Positions 10,080 through 19,060 of a stretch of DNA of 28,749 nt are shown piece after piece (the stretch's first letter is position 1; the number at the start of each line of letters is the position of its first letter). Both the position numbers and the translations under genes were made by a program. The notes below the pieces were generated by a model. It saw only the letters and a program-made list of their open reading frames with translations, ran no database searches and had not been told where the DNA came from. This stretch comes from an uncultured Chlamydiae bacterium (GTDB lineage: Bacteria > Chlamydiota > Chlamydiia > Chlamydiales > Parachlamydiaceae): assembly GCA_963830365.1 (NCBI GenBank), contig CAWHMU010000030.1:1-28749 (forward strand), written 5' to 3'.

Positions 10080-10490
10080 TTTCTTTGTGCCTTTGTGCCT
10101 TGTACCGATGCTTTGTGTTAAATTCAGCCCATAAACAATCCTTTGTCTATTAAGAATGTGGTGTGGATTAGTGCTTAAAAGTAACGCAAAGCAGCGGCAC
10201 AAGGCGCAATGGCGCAAATGGACAAACCGCACAACATAAAAATAAATTAAAACTAGCCTTTACCTTCTGTTCAAACAACAATTTATAAGCATTCCTTGTT
10301 ATTTCCCGATGTGAGAGGGTTCTCCACGGCTCCGCTTTGCGTTGAATCGAATTCACAGCCTATTCAGCACAGACAACGATCCCCTTATGCGGCGCTTATC
10401 CTGAACATCCTGCCATCCTGTTAGTTGCTGCTTGTTTCTCTGTGTCTCGGTGCCTCTGTGGTGAATGGCCTGCCTTTGCGATTTGCGTGG
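10080..10490. repeat. Cluster of degenerate 8-9-bp-periodic repeats
   Basis: CTTTGTGCCTTTGTGCCTTG (10083), AACGCAAAGC...GCTTTGCGTT inverted pair (10183/10336), ATCCTGAACATCCTGCCATCCTG (10398), CTCTGTGTCTCGGTGCCTCTGTGG (10438). Confidence 0.55.
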
Positions 10491-10493
10491 CCT

Positions 10494-11654
10494 TCATAGT
10501 CTTTTCACGGCGAAAAAGAGCGGCAGCGAGGCCAGTTGCATGCTTATCGAGAAGATGATCAGCGAAGTCAGCGAGACATCATACAGAAAACCCATCAAGG
10601 CGCTACCAAAAAACCAAAAAATCCCAAACCAGATATTCATCATGCCATACGCGGTGCCGCGCCTGTCCTTTGCCACCAGATCGGCCACAAAAGCCCGCAT
10701 GATGGATTCCTGCGCCCCCATGCCAATGCCCCATAGCACCATGCCTGTAAGCGCGTAATAGAAACCGTCCATGAAGACTAGCGGTGCGAAGAATGCCGCC
10801 AGCGCCGTCGCACCCATCAATACCACTATCCCGTGGCGGTCATAATATCTGCCGCAGATCAAGGCTGAGATGCCATCGGCGGCCATGGCGATAGAAAAAA
10901 ATACCGGCACCCACACCATCGGGATTACGGCCGACTTCTCGAAATGAAAGGCGATTAAAGGAAAATCCACATAGCCTGCCGCCACGCAGCAGATCGCGGC
11001 CAGATACAGCCAGTACTGACGGCTAAAACCTGCGGCTTTAAGCGGATGGGTCTCCACCTCTAAATCCTGCGGCCGCCGGTACAGCCTGCTGGCACAGGCC
11101 AGCACAGCTAAGGCGCAGACGGCCGGAATCAGCAGCACGGCAAAGCCTGTCTGATAGCTGCCTTGATAGTAAAGCACACAGCTGACGATCAGCGGACCTG
11201 TGATGGCGCCGATCTGGTCCATGGCCTCATGCAGGCCAAACCCCCAGCCACGGCCGACGGCTTTAGCGGCATAGGAAAGCAGGGCGTCTTTGGCCGGCGA
11301 GCGCACCGCCTTGCCAAAGCGCTCCATGATCATCAGGGCAGCAGCCAGCGGCCAATTGCCGGCCAGCGCCAACAGCGGTACGGCCAGCAGATTGATGGCA
11401 TAGCCGATAATGGTGAGCAGCCAGTATCTGCCGGTACGGTCGCTGAGATAGCCGAAGGCCAGCCTGAAGCCATAGCCGATGAATTCACCAAGGCCTGCGA
11501 CAATACCCACCACAGTGCCGCTTGCGCCCAGCACGGCCAGATACTGTCCGCTGATGCTGCGGGCGCCTTCATAGGTGATATCAGCAAAAAGGCTCACCAC
11601 TCCCAGCAGGATGACAAGCATAAGGGCAGTCTTTCTGGTAACGGATGTTGTCAT
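10494..11654 (-). CDS. MFS transporter
   Basis: Highly hydrophobic 386-aa protein. MFS motif A in both halves (GYLSDRTGRY; GRYYDRHG), ERFGKAVRSPAKDALL, DRRGTAYG. Confidence 0.92.
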   Translation of the reverse strand: MTTSVTRKTALMLVILLGVVSLFADITYEGARSISGQYLAVLGASGTVVGIVAGLGEFIGYGFRLAFGYLSDRTGRYWLLTIIGYAINLLAVPLLALAGNWPLAAALMIMERFGKAVRSPAKDALLSYAAKAVGRGWGFGLHEAMDQIGAITGPLIVSCVLYYQGSYQTGFAVLLIPAVCALAVLACASRLYRRPQDLEVETHPLKAAGFSRQYWLYLAAICCVAAGYVDFPLIAFHFEKSAVIPMVWVPVFFSIAMAADGISALICGRYYDRHGIVVLMGATALAAFFAPLVFMDGFYYALTGMVLWGIGMGAQESIMRAFVADLVAKDRRGTAYGMMNIWFGIFWFFGSALMGFLYDVSLTSLIIFSISMQLASLPLFFAVKRL

Positions 11655-11666
11655 AAAACCACCTAT

Positions 11667-11831
11667 TTAATTCCCGTGTACGCCATCTTCAACGGCTTGG
11701 GCGGTAGGTTCCAACGCACTAGCTTCATCCAGCGGCAAAGGCTGGGTATGATGCTTTTTCTGGCGCGACTGCATGGAGATGGTATTCCTCTGGTCGGAAA
11801 GGATATCATGCTGGCGGATCAACTCCTCCAT
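11667..11831 (-). CDS. Small hypothetical protein (54 aa) directly upstream of the MFS gene
   Basis: Read by hand: MEELIRQHDILSDQRNTISMQSRQKKHHTQPLPLDEASALEPTAQAVEDGVHGN*. GAAGG RBS. The stop is 12 nt before the MFS ATG. Confidence 0.4.
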   Translation of the reverse strand: MEELIRQHDILSDQRNTISMQSRQKKHHTQPLPLDEASALEPTAQAVEDGVHGN

Positions 11832-11886
11832 TCACTACCTTCGATATTTGCCAGCTTCATCTTTACATATGCAACTTCAAAATTTT

Positions 11887-13188
11887 GGTTCATCCGGCAA
11901 ATCGGTACATAAAAGAGGGTAGATAATAAAATGCAGTAAACAATAATTTGTCTCTTGGTTACCACACCGGGAGAAAATCATGTCTACTGCAACTTTATTG
12001 TATCTGTTCGGAATTAAAAATGTCGAGTGCCATTCAACGGAGTACGCGGGTGAGAAGATCATTTTTCACGCCGAAAGCTCTCGAAATAATCCCTCTTGTC
12101 CAAAATGCGGGGGAAACAATGTATGTTTTCGTGGGCAAAAGTGTAGAAAACTGCGCATGGTTCCTTGGGGAAAAATGCCATGCTTTTTGTATCTCACTTT
12201 GAATAGAATTTCTTGTCATGATTGCGGTAAGTGTTCTTGGCCGGTACCGGACTTTGTTCCCGGAAAACAACGAATGGTTCAAGCCTTTGTAGAGTACGTC
12301 CTCTGTCTTATTGCAATAGGCACGATTTTAGGAGTTGCACGATTTCTCGGAGTAGGTTGGGACCTAGTTAAAAACATCCATAAGGACCATCTGAAGAGAA
12401 AGTATCAAGAGATCCCTTTTGGTGAGCTGGAATTTTTAAGCATCGATGAATTTAGCATACGTAAAGGCCATAACTATATGACGATTTTTGTCGACATTCG
12501 AACAGGTCGTATTCTTCATGCCGTTGAGGGTAGATCAAAACATGATGTGACCCCATTCCTCAGAGAATTGGCTGCAAAAGCAAAAAGTCTTAAGGCGATC
12601 GCCATGGATATGAGTGGTCCTTATGCATCAGCCGTAACATCAATTCTGCCAAAAGTAGACATTGTATTTGATCACTTTCATGTGGATGCTCTAATAAATA
12701 AAGCCTTAGATGAGATTCGAAGGCAGCAGCAGAACAGTCTTGATCAAACATCGCGGAAGGTTGTGAAAGGGAAACGATTTCTCCTACTCAGGAATTACAA
12801 TGCACTTGACAAGTCAGCACAAGAGGGATTGCAGGCTCTTCTCGATGTCAATGCCCCTCTCCTTATTGCCCATACGCTAAAGGAGCAATTTCGACTCTTC
12901 TGGGAACAATCTTCTCAGCAGAATGCTTCGAGTTTTCTTTTGCGTTGGCTTTGGGATGTATTTGAGAGCGGTCTTGAGCCATTAATTAAGGTTGGAAGGA
13001 CTCTTTTAGGACATGCTAAGGGCTTAGTCAACTATTTCAAGCATCGGATAAGCAATGGAAAAATCGAAGGGATCAATAACAAAATTAAGACTATGTCACG
13101 TCAAGCATACGGATTTCGAGATATGGAATATTTTAAATTAAGACTCCTCCATCTTCATGAGCAAAAGCACTCATTAACCGGATGAACC
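11887..13188 (+). mobile_element. ISL3-family insertion sequence, copy 1 (1302 bp)
   Basis: TIR GGTTCATCCGG / CCGGATGAACC. 8-bp TSD AAAATTTT at 11879-11886 and 13189-13196. Confidence 0.95.
11980..13185 (+). CDS. ISL3-family transposase
   Basis: Zinc finger CPKCG...CHDCG, HTH, DDE motifs SIDEF, AMDM, FDHFHV, SNGKIEGINNKIK, AYGFRD. The stop codon lies within the right TIR. Confidence 0.96.
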   Translation: MSTATLLYLFGIKNVECHSTEYAGEKIIFHAESSRNNPSCPKCGGNNVCFRGQKCRKLRMVPWGKMPCFLYLTLNRISCHDCGKCSWPVPDFVPGKQRMVQAFVEYVLCLIAIGTILGVARFLGVGWDLVKNIHKDHLKRKYQEIPFGELEFLSIDEFSIRKGHNYMTIFVDIRTGRILHAVEGRSKHDVTPFLRELAAKAKSLKAIAMDMSGPYASAVTSILPKVDIVFDHFHVDALINKALDEIRRQQQNSLDQTSRKVVKGKRFLLLRNYNALDKSAQEGLQALLDVNAPLLIAHTLKEQFRLFWEQSSQQNASSFLLRWLWDVFESGLEPLIKVGRTLLGHAKGLVNYFKHRISNGKIEGINNKIKTMSRQAYGFRDMEYFKLRLLHLHEQKHSLTG

Positions 13189-13191
13189 AAA

Positions 13192-13220
13192 ATTTTCCGT
13201 TTTCTTTTCCAATATGTCAA
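13192..13220 (-). promoter_or_regulatory. Predicted sigma70/66 promoter TTGACA-N17-GAAAAT pointing at the IS and the MFS operon
   Basis: Perfect -35 TTGACA (13220-13215), 17-nt spacer, -10 GAAAAT (13197-13192) overlapping the TSD. Confidence 0.5.
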
Positions 13221-13532
13221 ATTCTCACTAGATCGTGGTATAGCTTTGTTTTTAAGATTTCAAGTTTTTGATTATCGTCGGTCAGTTGTTGGAAAAGCTG
13301 GCTAAAGTATGAAACTTTTAGATCTTGCCCGGCGATCTTTTTATCAATTTTAGCCAGATCATGATCTACCTACCCGATCAGGCGCCCCCCTCACCTCTCA
13401 AATAATATTGATAACCATCCTATAAAAACCTGTTTGGTTAGATGAATGTACCGAACAAAGAATTTGCATAATAATATACTATAATGATATATTACATTTA
13501 TAATATTAAACAACCCATCTAAGGAGTTTCAT

Positions 13533-13823
13533 ATGCCAAGCCCAATCAGACCAACCACACCCCAAACCGTCCGTATTGCCGAACTGCCAAATTACTTAGC
13601 ATCAAAGCCACAAGACGATACAACGACTGCCAAAGTGAAACAACTTCTAAAAAACTTTAACGATGCGGCTGCACTAATAAATGAACGATCAGAGGCTGCC
13701 CCGGGCTTTTATGCAGATGACCGAAATCCTAGCTATATTGACGATGTCAATACTAAAGGCAACATCCTGAGTCAGATACAAAATATTTGCCAAGATACAT
13801 GGAATTTGAACGTTACCGGCTAA
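13533..13823 (+). CDS. Small hypothetical protein (96 aa)
   Basis: Strong RBS AAGGAG after an AT-rich upstream region. Pro/Thr-rich N-terminus MPSPIRPTTPQT. Confidence 0.7.
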   Translation: MPSPIRPTTPQTVRIAELPNYLASKPQDDTTTAKVKQLLKNFNDAAALINERSEAAPGFYADDRNPSYIDDVNTKGNILSQIQNICQDTWNLNVTG

Positions 13824-13864
13824 TATAGAAAATTCAGCCTAAAAACCTCTAAGCAATCAGCATT

Positions 13865-13980
13865 GTAAACCTGTGGTAAATTCATCAAAGCATCAAGCCG
13901 TGGCTACGGCGACAGTCTGCTTGAAGACTCTGTCGCCATACCACGGCTTGATACCTTTACGCTGATTACCACAGGCTTAC
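13865..13980. repeat. 116-bp imperfect palindrome (REP/MITE-like)
   Basis: Outer arms GTAAACCTGTGGTAA/TTACCACAGGCTTAC. Inner arms ATCAAGCCGTGGCTACGGCGACAG/CTGTCGCCATACCACGGCTTGAT. Confidence 0.8.
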
Positions 13981-14162
13981 GCTATGTGGCTACATGCTTC
14001 AGCCGTATTCACGGCTAACTTACACTCCTGAACCACGCATATTTAGGGGTAAGAAATCAAGGCGATAGCCAATTGAATGATACATGTTTTCATATCCTGA
14101 TCATCCTAATATCCTGTCGGGATCTGCTACTACTGTAGCAATCCTGCGGTTCAGTGCCAGAG

Positions 14163-16874
14163 TTAGCGCATAATTCTTAACAGGTCTTTTTGCTCGGCCA
14201 GATAGCCTTTGTCTACTCCGGCATTTACGCCAGCTTTCGCATCGCCGTTGCTGGTATAGCCATACTTGCCAGGATCTTTCACAAACCCTGCTCCCCAACG
14301 TTTTTCCATCTGTTTTATGATGGTACCGCATAAGGTTGAAGGTGATTTTTTGTTTTCGGCTATGAAATCCTCGACCCCCTTCAGTGAACTATCGCGCAAT
14401 TTAGGAAGTCCTTTATCATCGACGCCATCAGTAAACATGCCCTCGAAATTTCCGACACACTGATTAACATCAGCGTTATATTTTTGAGCCAATATCCCAA
14501 GATTGGGATCGCTTCCGATGGTGCTAAGCACATCTTGCAAGGCTTTCATGGGCTCATAGATGTAGTGCTGGACCAGCTGGATGCGTCCGTCGGCAAAAGG
14601 TTTCTGCTCTTTGGCAAAGTAGTTGGTCAGATGCATGAATTCCTTCATGCCGCCATATTCCTCTGGTGTGATACCACACCGGCCAAGCAGATCTTTTCCA
14701 AACGCATCCTCTTTTTTGCCCGATAGTCCATCATGCACGCTAGCAGTGGCAAGACCTTCGTTGAAACCACTATCCATCAGCTTTTTATTAACCTCGAAAA
14801 ACATGCTGGCCTGATACGGATTTTCCTCGACTATCAATGCCACCGATTCTTCGCAGGCCCAATCTTTCTCACACCCTTCCATCATTAAAGCGCCCAGGTC
14901 GGCAACGCCTGTGCCAATATTAGACACCTGCTGCAGCATATAGTCTAACAATTCAGGACCGTTTTTAGTATCTGCCATTAGCTGCTTAGTAAGCGCCTTC
15001 ATCATCTCATCCTGTCCTATGCCAGCTTTTGTAAGCTGCTTTACCGGATCGGTAAAAGGCGGCATCTCGCTTAAAAAGAACCCCTTCATGCCTTCAAGAA
15101 ATGAAGGTAGCGTATATCTCGGAATTTCACCTTTCTGTCTTAATTCATCACGCACACCCGCTGCAAGCTTACTCATATCGGGTTTGGCACTAGGATCAGC
15201 CATCGTCATTTCTTCGGAACGAGCCTTAGCCAGCGCATCCACCTTTTGATTCATCGTGGTATAATAATCAACCTGAGTCGTAGACCCATCAGTATTGGCA
15301 ACAGTGACCTTTTTGGTATAATAATCTTTGGTATCATTCATATCCGCCAAAGCCTGGCCGAATGTTGCCACGTCAGACTTGTTGCCCATAACCTCTTTAA
15401 TGACATTATCCATGACATCTGCCATGCGCTTTTGCATCGCCGGTGGCAGCGAAGCCAGCTGCGCCGGTCCCGGGAAGATATTTACGTTGCCAATAGTGAA
15501 GAGCTTATCGCCAAATCCCGGCGGATTAAAGTTGGCTTTAGTCGGAATCGTGCCTCTGATAAGCGTTTCTTGAAAAGCCTCATCCTTGCCAACGCTTTTT
15601 TCTACACCGCCCATCAGATCGGAATTTATCTGATCCCCTTTTTGGCTCTCCTTCATAATTCCAACGAGTTCTTTGAGTTGGACTTTCATTTGTTCAAAGC
15701 TCTCTTTTTCACTATTTCCTTGCTGCCAGCCGGCATTACGGCGCTGTTCGGAATTGTTTTTTAGATCTTTTAATACGCCGTATTTTGTATCTAGAAATTC
15801 CTCTAATAACCCCTTCCCTCCTGCTGCCTCGGATTGCTTTGCTTCCCCAACTTGCGTCCCCTTTGTTTCATCTAGAGTCGTGCGTTTTTGCATCTCTGTA
15901 TCCAAAGCATTCTGAAAGTTTGTCCGCTTTTCCTGGCCGCCCTTATTATTAGGATCGGTGACGGCTGGCGCTGCTTGATAGTCCATAACGGCATCGTGAT
16001 TGGCGCCGGCGCAAAAGGCGGCAAATTCTTTGTCGGTGCCTTTGAAATAGGCGGCAGATCCCGTCGCTACGCCTAAAGAGTGCTGCATGCAATGGAACCC
16101 CAGCCGGCCGCCGAAGCGCTCTTGCACACCTGTCAAAGCGATGAGCGATTGCGACATAAATGCCAGTTTGGTCATCTTTTGTTCTTTTTCAGGTCCAGTA
16201 AGATTACTATCTTTTAGAATGTTGGCTGTTTCGGTCTTGGTATGTTCGATAATGCCATGAACAACTTCGCGGCAAAAAGTTTGATCAGCTTTTTTTTCTC
16301 CATCAAGCCCGGCGCGTTTAGCTTGGCATGCTTCAAACAAATTAGCAGCGAAACTATCCACTGACTTAATATCTACATGATCTAAGCGGGTTAGACATGC
16401 ATGCATTGATTTGATAATGGAGAGTGTATTGCCAGATCCAGAGATTTTAACCTTGGATTCCCCTTTAGCTTCCTCCACTCCAGTTGAGTCGCTGGTAGCT
16501 GTGGAGCCGGCAGTCGTCTTAGTTTGCTGCAATTTGGGTTGGGCTACTTTATCAGCGTTTTCAGCCGTTATGGATGGTCTTCTTGAGAGACCCGCCTCAA
16601 GGGTAGGGGTATGAGACCCTGGCAAAGGCGTGGCTTCGGCTTTTTTTGCTTCGATATCACTTACTGGACCTTGCATCATAGGAGAGCCAACATCAGCCGC
16701 TTTAGCGGCGGTTTCCTTGGGAACAGGAACTTCTGTTGATGCTCTATAACCAGCGGCGGCCTGACCTGTTTGTATTTCTTTAACTTCTGCTGGTTGGCCG
16801 ATGGTGCTTGCCAAAGAAGTAGATGAGGTTAAAGGGGTTTTGATGTTCGTATCAGAACTCATGTCTGAATTCAT
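14163..16874 (-). CDS. Large protein with cryptic HD/PDEase-like metal-dependent phosphohydrolase motifs, candidate effector
   Basis: Ordered motifs FHCMQHSLGVA, AGANHDAV, NSEKESF, LIRGT, VADLG, EESVALIVEE, KEQKPF. About 150-aa S/T/P/A-rich N-terminus. Start placed at ATG 16874 behind AAAGGA. Confidence 0.7.
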   Translation of the reverse strand: MNSDMSSDTNIKTPLTSSTSLASTIGQPAEVKEIQTGQAAAGYRASTEVPVPKETAAKAADVGSPMMQGPVSDIEAKKAEATPLPGSHTPTLEAGLSRRPSITAENADKVAQPKLQQTKTTAGSTATSDSTGVEEAKGESKVKISGSGNTLSIIKSMHACLTRLDHVDIKSVDSFAANLFEACQAKRAGLDGEKKADQTFCREVVHGIIEHTKTETANILKDSNLTGPEKEQKMTKLAFMSQSLIALTGVQERFGGRLGFHCMQHSLGVATGSAAYFKGTDKEFAAFCAGANHDAVMDYQAAPAVTDPNNKGGQEKRTNFQNALDTEMQKRTTLDETKGTQVGEAKQSEAAGGKGLLEEFLDTKYGVLKDLKNNSEQRRNAGWQQGNSEKESFEQMKVQLKELVGIMKESQKGDQINSDLMGGVEKSVGKDEAFQETLIRGTIPTKANFNPPGFGDKLFTIGNVNIFPGPAQLASLPPAMQKRMADVMDNVIKEVMGNKSDVATFGQALADMNDTKDYYTKKVTVANTDGSTTQVDYYTTMNQKVDALAKARSEEMTMADPSAKPDMSKLAAGVRDELRQKGEIPRYTLPSFLEGMKGFFLSEMPPFTDPVKQLTKAGIGQDEMMKALTKQLMADTKNGPELLDYMLQQVSNIGTGVADLGALMMEGCEKDWACEESVALIVEENPYQASMFFEVNKKLMDSGFNEGLATASVHDGLSGKKEDAFGKDLLGRCGITPEEYGGMKEFMHLTNYFAKEQKPFADGRIQLVQHYIYEPMKALQDVLSTIGSDPNLGILAQKYNADVNQCVGNFEGMFTDGVDDKGLPKLRDSSLKGVEDFIAENKKSPSTLCGTIIKQMEKRWGAGFVKDPGKYGYTSNGDAKAGVNAGVDKGYLAEQKDLLRIMR

Positions 16875-17088
16875 AATTTCCATCCTTTGTTTACACAAGC
16901 TATTTCCTGCTATAATTCCCCACGAAACACATTAACCAAACAAAATAAAAACACTATCACCATAACATCATTATAAAACTTACATCTCATTTGTATATAC
17001 TATTTTTTTATTAATTTTTATTTATGTTTTTACGTTTTTTTTAAAAAAAACTCGGTAGAGGAGCAAAAGAAGTAGCAGCAAAAGAAAG

Positions 17089-18894
17089 CAGGGCTTTTTC
17101 ATTAAAAATACTTTACACTCTTCATGCCGCCCCTGCGGGTACAAGCTGCGCTTGATGCTCTAGGCCGGCAGTCGTCTACTCGAGCTGGTAAACCTCGCTC
17201 CCGCTGCTCACTTCCTTGATAAACTTGTTTAACAGTTCAAGCACATAGTGATCATTCCACATTGCCTTGCGTTGTTTTGATGCCAAACCGCGTCCTTGCA
17301 CTGTTTCCTGTTTTAAAATGCAATAGGCCATCCGTCTAAAGAGACCTAGATTCTCCGCTGCATGGCCAGTATTGGCCCGGGAGATATCATCACCGAATAA
17401 CACATCTAAAACCCAATGAAGATTATTCTCAATCCCCCAGTGTGAGCGAACAGTGCTGTTCGCCATCTTCGCAGTCATATCCTTGCTGGAAATGTAGTAG
17501 CGAAGTTCTTCTGTAGATTTACCCTTGATCGTCCTAGTGGATTTCACTTCTATCAGCATCTTAAGATCCCGCCAATCACTTCGACAACCCAGCCAATTGA
17601 GATTTTTGGTGATTGTCACCTCTCGCTTCTCTAGCCTGCCGTGTCCTTCATTGGTCGCTTCATACTTTTTACACTTAGCCCCCTTATAATCAGCTGCTCT
17701 GGCTTGATCAAAAAAATTCTGGGCCTCAGCATGTAGAGTGTCTTGGTTTCCTTTTAAGGCAATCACATAATGCCCTCCGCGCTCCCTGATGTCATTTACA
17801 ATGCCTTTTTGGCACCCCATCGCATCAATTGTGACCGTCGCATCCTTGACATCGATTACCTTTAGCAACTCTGGAATTGCCGTGATCTCATTGGATTTTT
17901 CCTCTGTTTTCACTTGACCAAGCAGAAGCCCACTTCCAGACTCGTATCCGCTCACGTAATGAACAAGATCCTTTTTGGCACCTCTCAGAGTTTTCCCGTC
18001 GATAGAGATTTTTTTCTCAGTGCCGCCCAAGGTGTCAGCCACCAACTTAATCCATTTAATGAATGCCTGGTTCAAGATTTCAGGGTTTGTTCGCGTCAGG
18101 ATCCACCAAAAGGCGGTATAGGAAGGGTGTCGTTCGAGATTAAGTAAAGGGCATAACATGGCAGCTTTTTCCTTTCCATACTCGTAAATACCACTGATGG
18201 ACTTTGCGCCTGCAAGAATACCCGCCAGAATCGTTAGCAGAAGTCCATAGAATGGATATTGCAGATTATCTGCGACGCGCGGATCCTGAACGTCCGCAAA
18301 AGCATGTTTTACAGCATCCTCGTAAGAGTGAATATCGACATTTTGATCGTGTTCGTCGTAGATGAATTTCTTTCTTACTGACATGTTTTCGCCCTCAAAA
18401 TCCCCCGTAGCAATTTGAAGATCTCCAGTATCGGGATCCTGAGAATTCGCTGTCAACTTATTAGCTTCGACAAGTGAAGGACTGGAGTCACCTGAAGGAT
18501 TAGGGGCTGTCTGAGAAATTGCCTTGCGCCGTTTTTTTGCGTCTTTCAGCGTCTGACGCCAGAATACGACTTCCTCATTAGTGAGTTTACCCAATTTAAG
18601 TACGATTTCTTTCCGGCATGAGCCGTTTGTCCAAATGGATCTAGCAAGGCTATAGGAGACATACTTCTTGCCCTTAGAGGTAAATGCACCCCAGTTTAGA
18701 TGTAGATCTACCAGATTCATCGACATATTAGACCAGATATTTATTTAAAACACCTTGTAATATACGTGATAAATAAAGTCAATTGTTTTTTTATATATTA
18801 GGCTAGATATATGAGAATAAAAATGGCGAAATCGCCTTAGAGCTGGCTGTGAGTGGAATTTTTGGTGTTAAATTTCTTTAATGAAAAAGCCCTG
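17089..18894 (-). mobile_element. ISAs1-family insertion sequence (1806 bp)
   Basis: 18-bp TIR CAGGGCTTTTTCATTAAA at both ends. 10-bp TSD CAAAAGAAAG at 17079-17088 and 18895-18904. Confidence 0.95.
17176..18726 (-). CDS. ISAs1-family transposase with N-terminal extension
   Basis: Motifs DPR, IDGKTLRG, KSNEITAIP, IDAMGCQK, LKGNQ, HGRLEKR, HWGIENNLHWVLDV. A possible internal start is at ATG 18384 (GAGG RBS). Confidence 0.93.
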   Translation of the reverse strand: MSMNLVDLHLNWGAFTSKGKKYVSYSLARSIWTNGSCRKEIVLKLGKLTNEEVVFWRQTLKDAKKRRKAISQTAPNPSGDSSPSLVEANKLTANSQDPDTGDLQIATGDFEGENMSVRKKFIYDEHDQNVDIHSYEDAVKHAFADVQDPRVADNLQYPFYGLLLTILAGILAGAKSISGIYEYGKEKAAMLCPLLNLERHPSYTAFWWILTRTNPEILNQAFIKWIKLVADTLGGTEKKISIDGKTLRGAKKDLVHYVSGYESGSGLLLGQVKTEEKSNEITAIPELLKVIDVKDATVTIDAMGCQKGIVNDIRERGGHYVIALKGNQDTLHAEAQNFFDQARAADYKGAKCKKYEATNEGHGRLEKREVTITKNLNWLGCRSDWRDLKMLIEVKSTRTIKGKSTEELRYYISSKDMTAKMANSTVRSHWGIENNLHWVLDVLFGDDISRANTGHAAENLGLFRRMAYCILKQETVQGRGLASKQRKAMWNDHYVLELLNKFIKEVSSGSEVYQLE

Positions 18895-18985
18895 CAAAAG
18901 AAAGGGGCCTAAAGACCTAAAAGACGAAAGGGACAATATTACACGTCCTTTTGGACCCTTGGTCCTTTAGGTCCCATTCTTTTTG
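18895..18985. repeat. 9-bp-periodic inverted-repeat element upstream of fbaB
   Basis: GGGCCTAAAGACCTAAAAGACGAAAGGGAC ... GTCCTTTTGGACCCTTGGTCCTTTAGGTCCC, with outer arms CAAAAGAAAG/TTCTTTTTG. Confidence 0.65.
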
Positions 18986-19060
18986 TTGGACGAAAAATTT
19001 GATCTTTAATAGGCGGCTCTAGTAATTTGCTATCAAACCGTAAAATTAAGGAAGGATTCC

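Noticed and set aside
9790..10490. Possible CRISPR array or tRNA/ncRNA in the repeat-rich intergenic region
   Set aside because: No identical regularly spaced repeats, no cas genes, and no cloverleaf signature.
11163..11912. 249-aa plus-strand ORF antisense to the MFS gene
   Set aside because: Shadow ORF of a GC3-rich gene with no motif and no ATG start.
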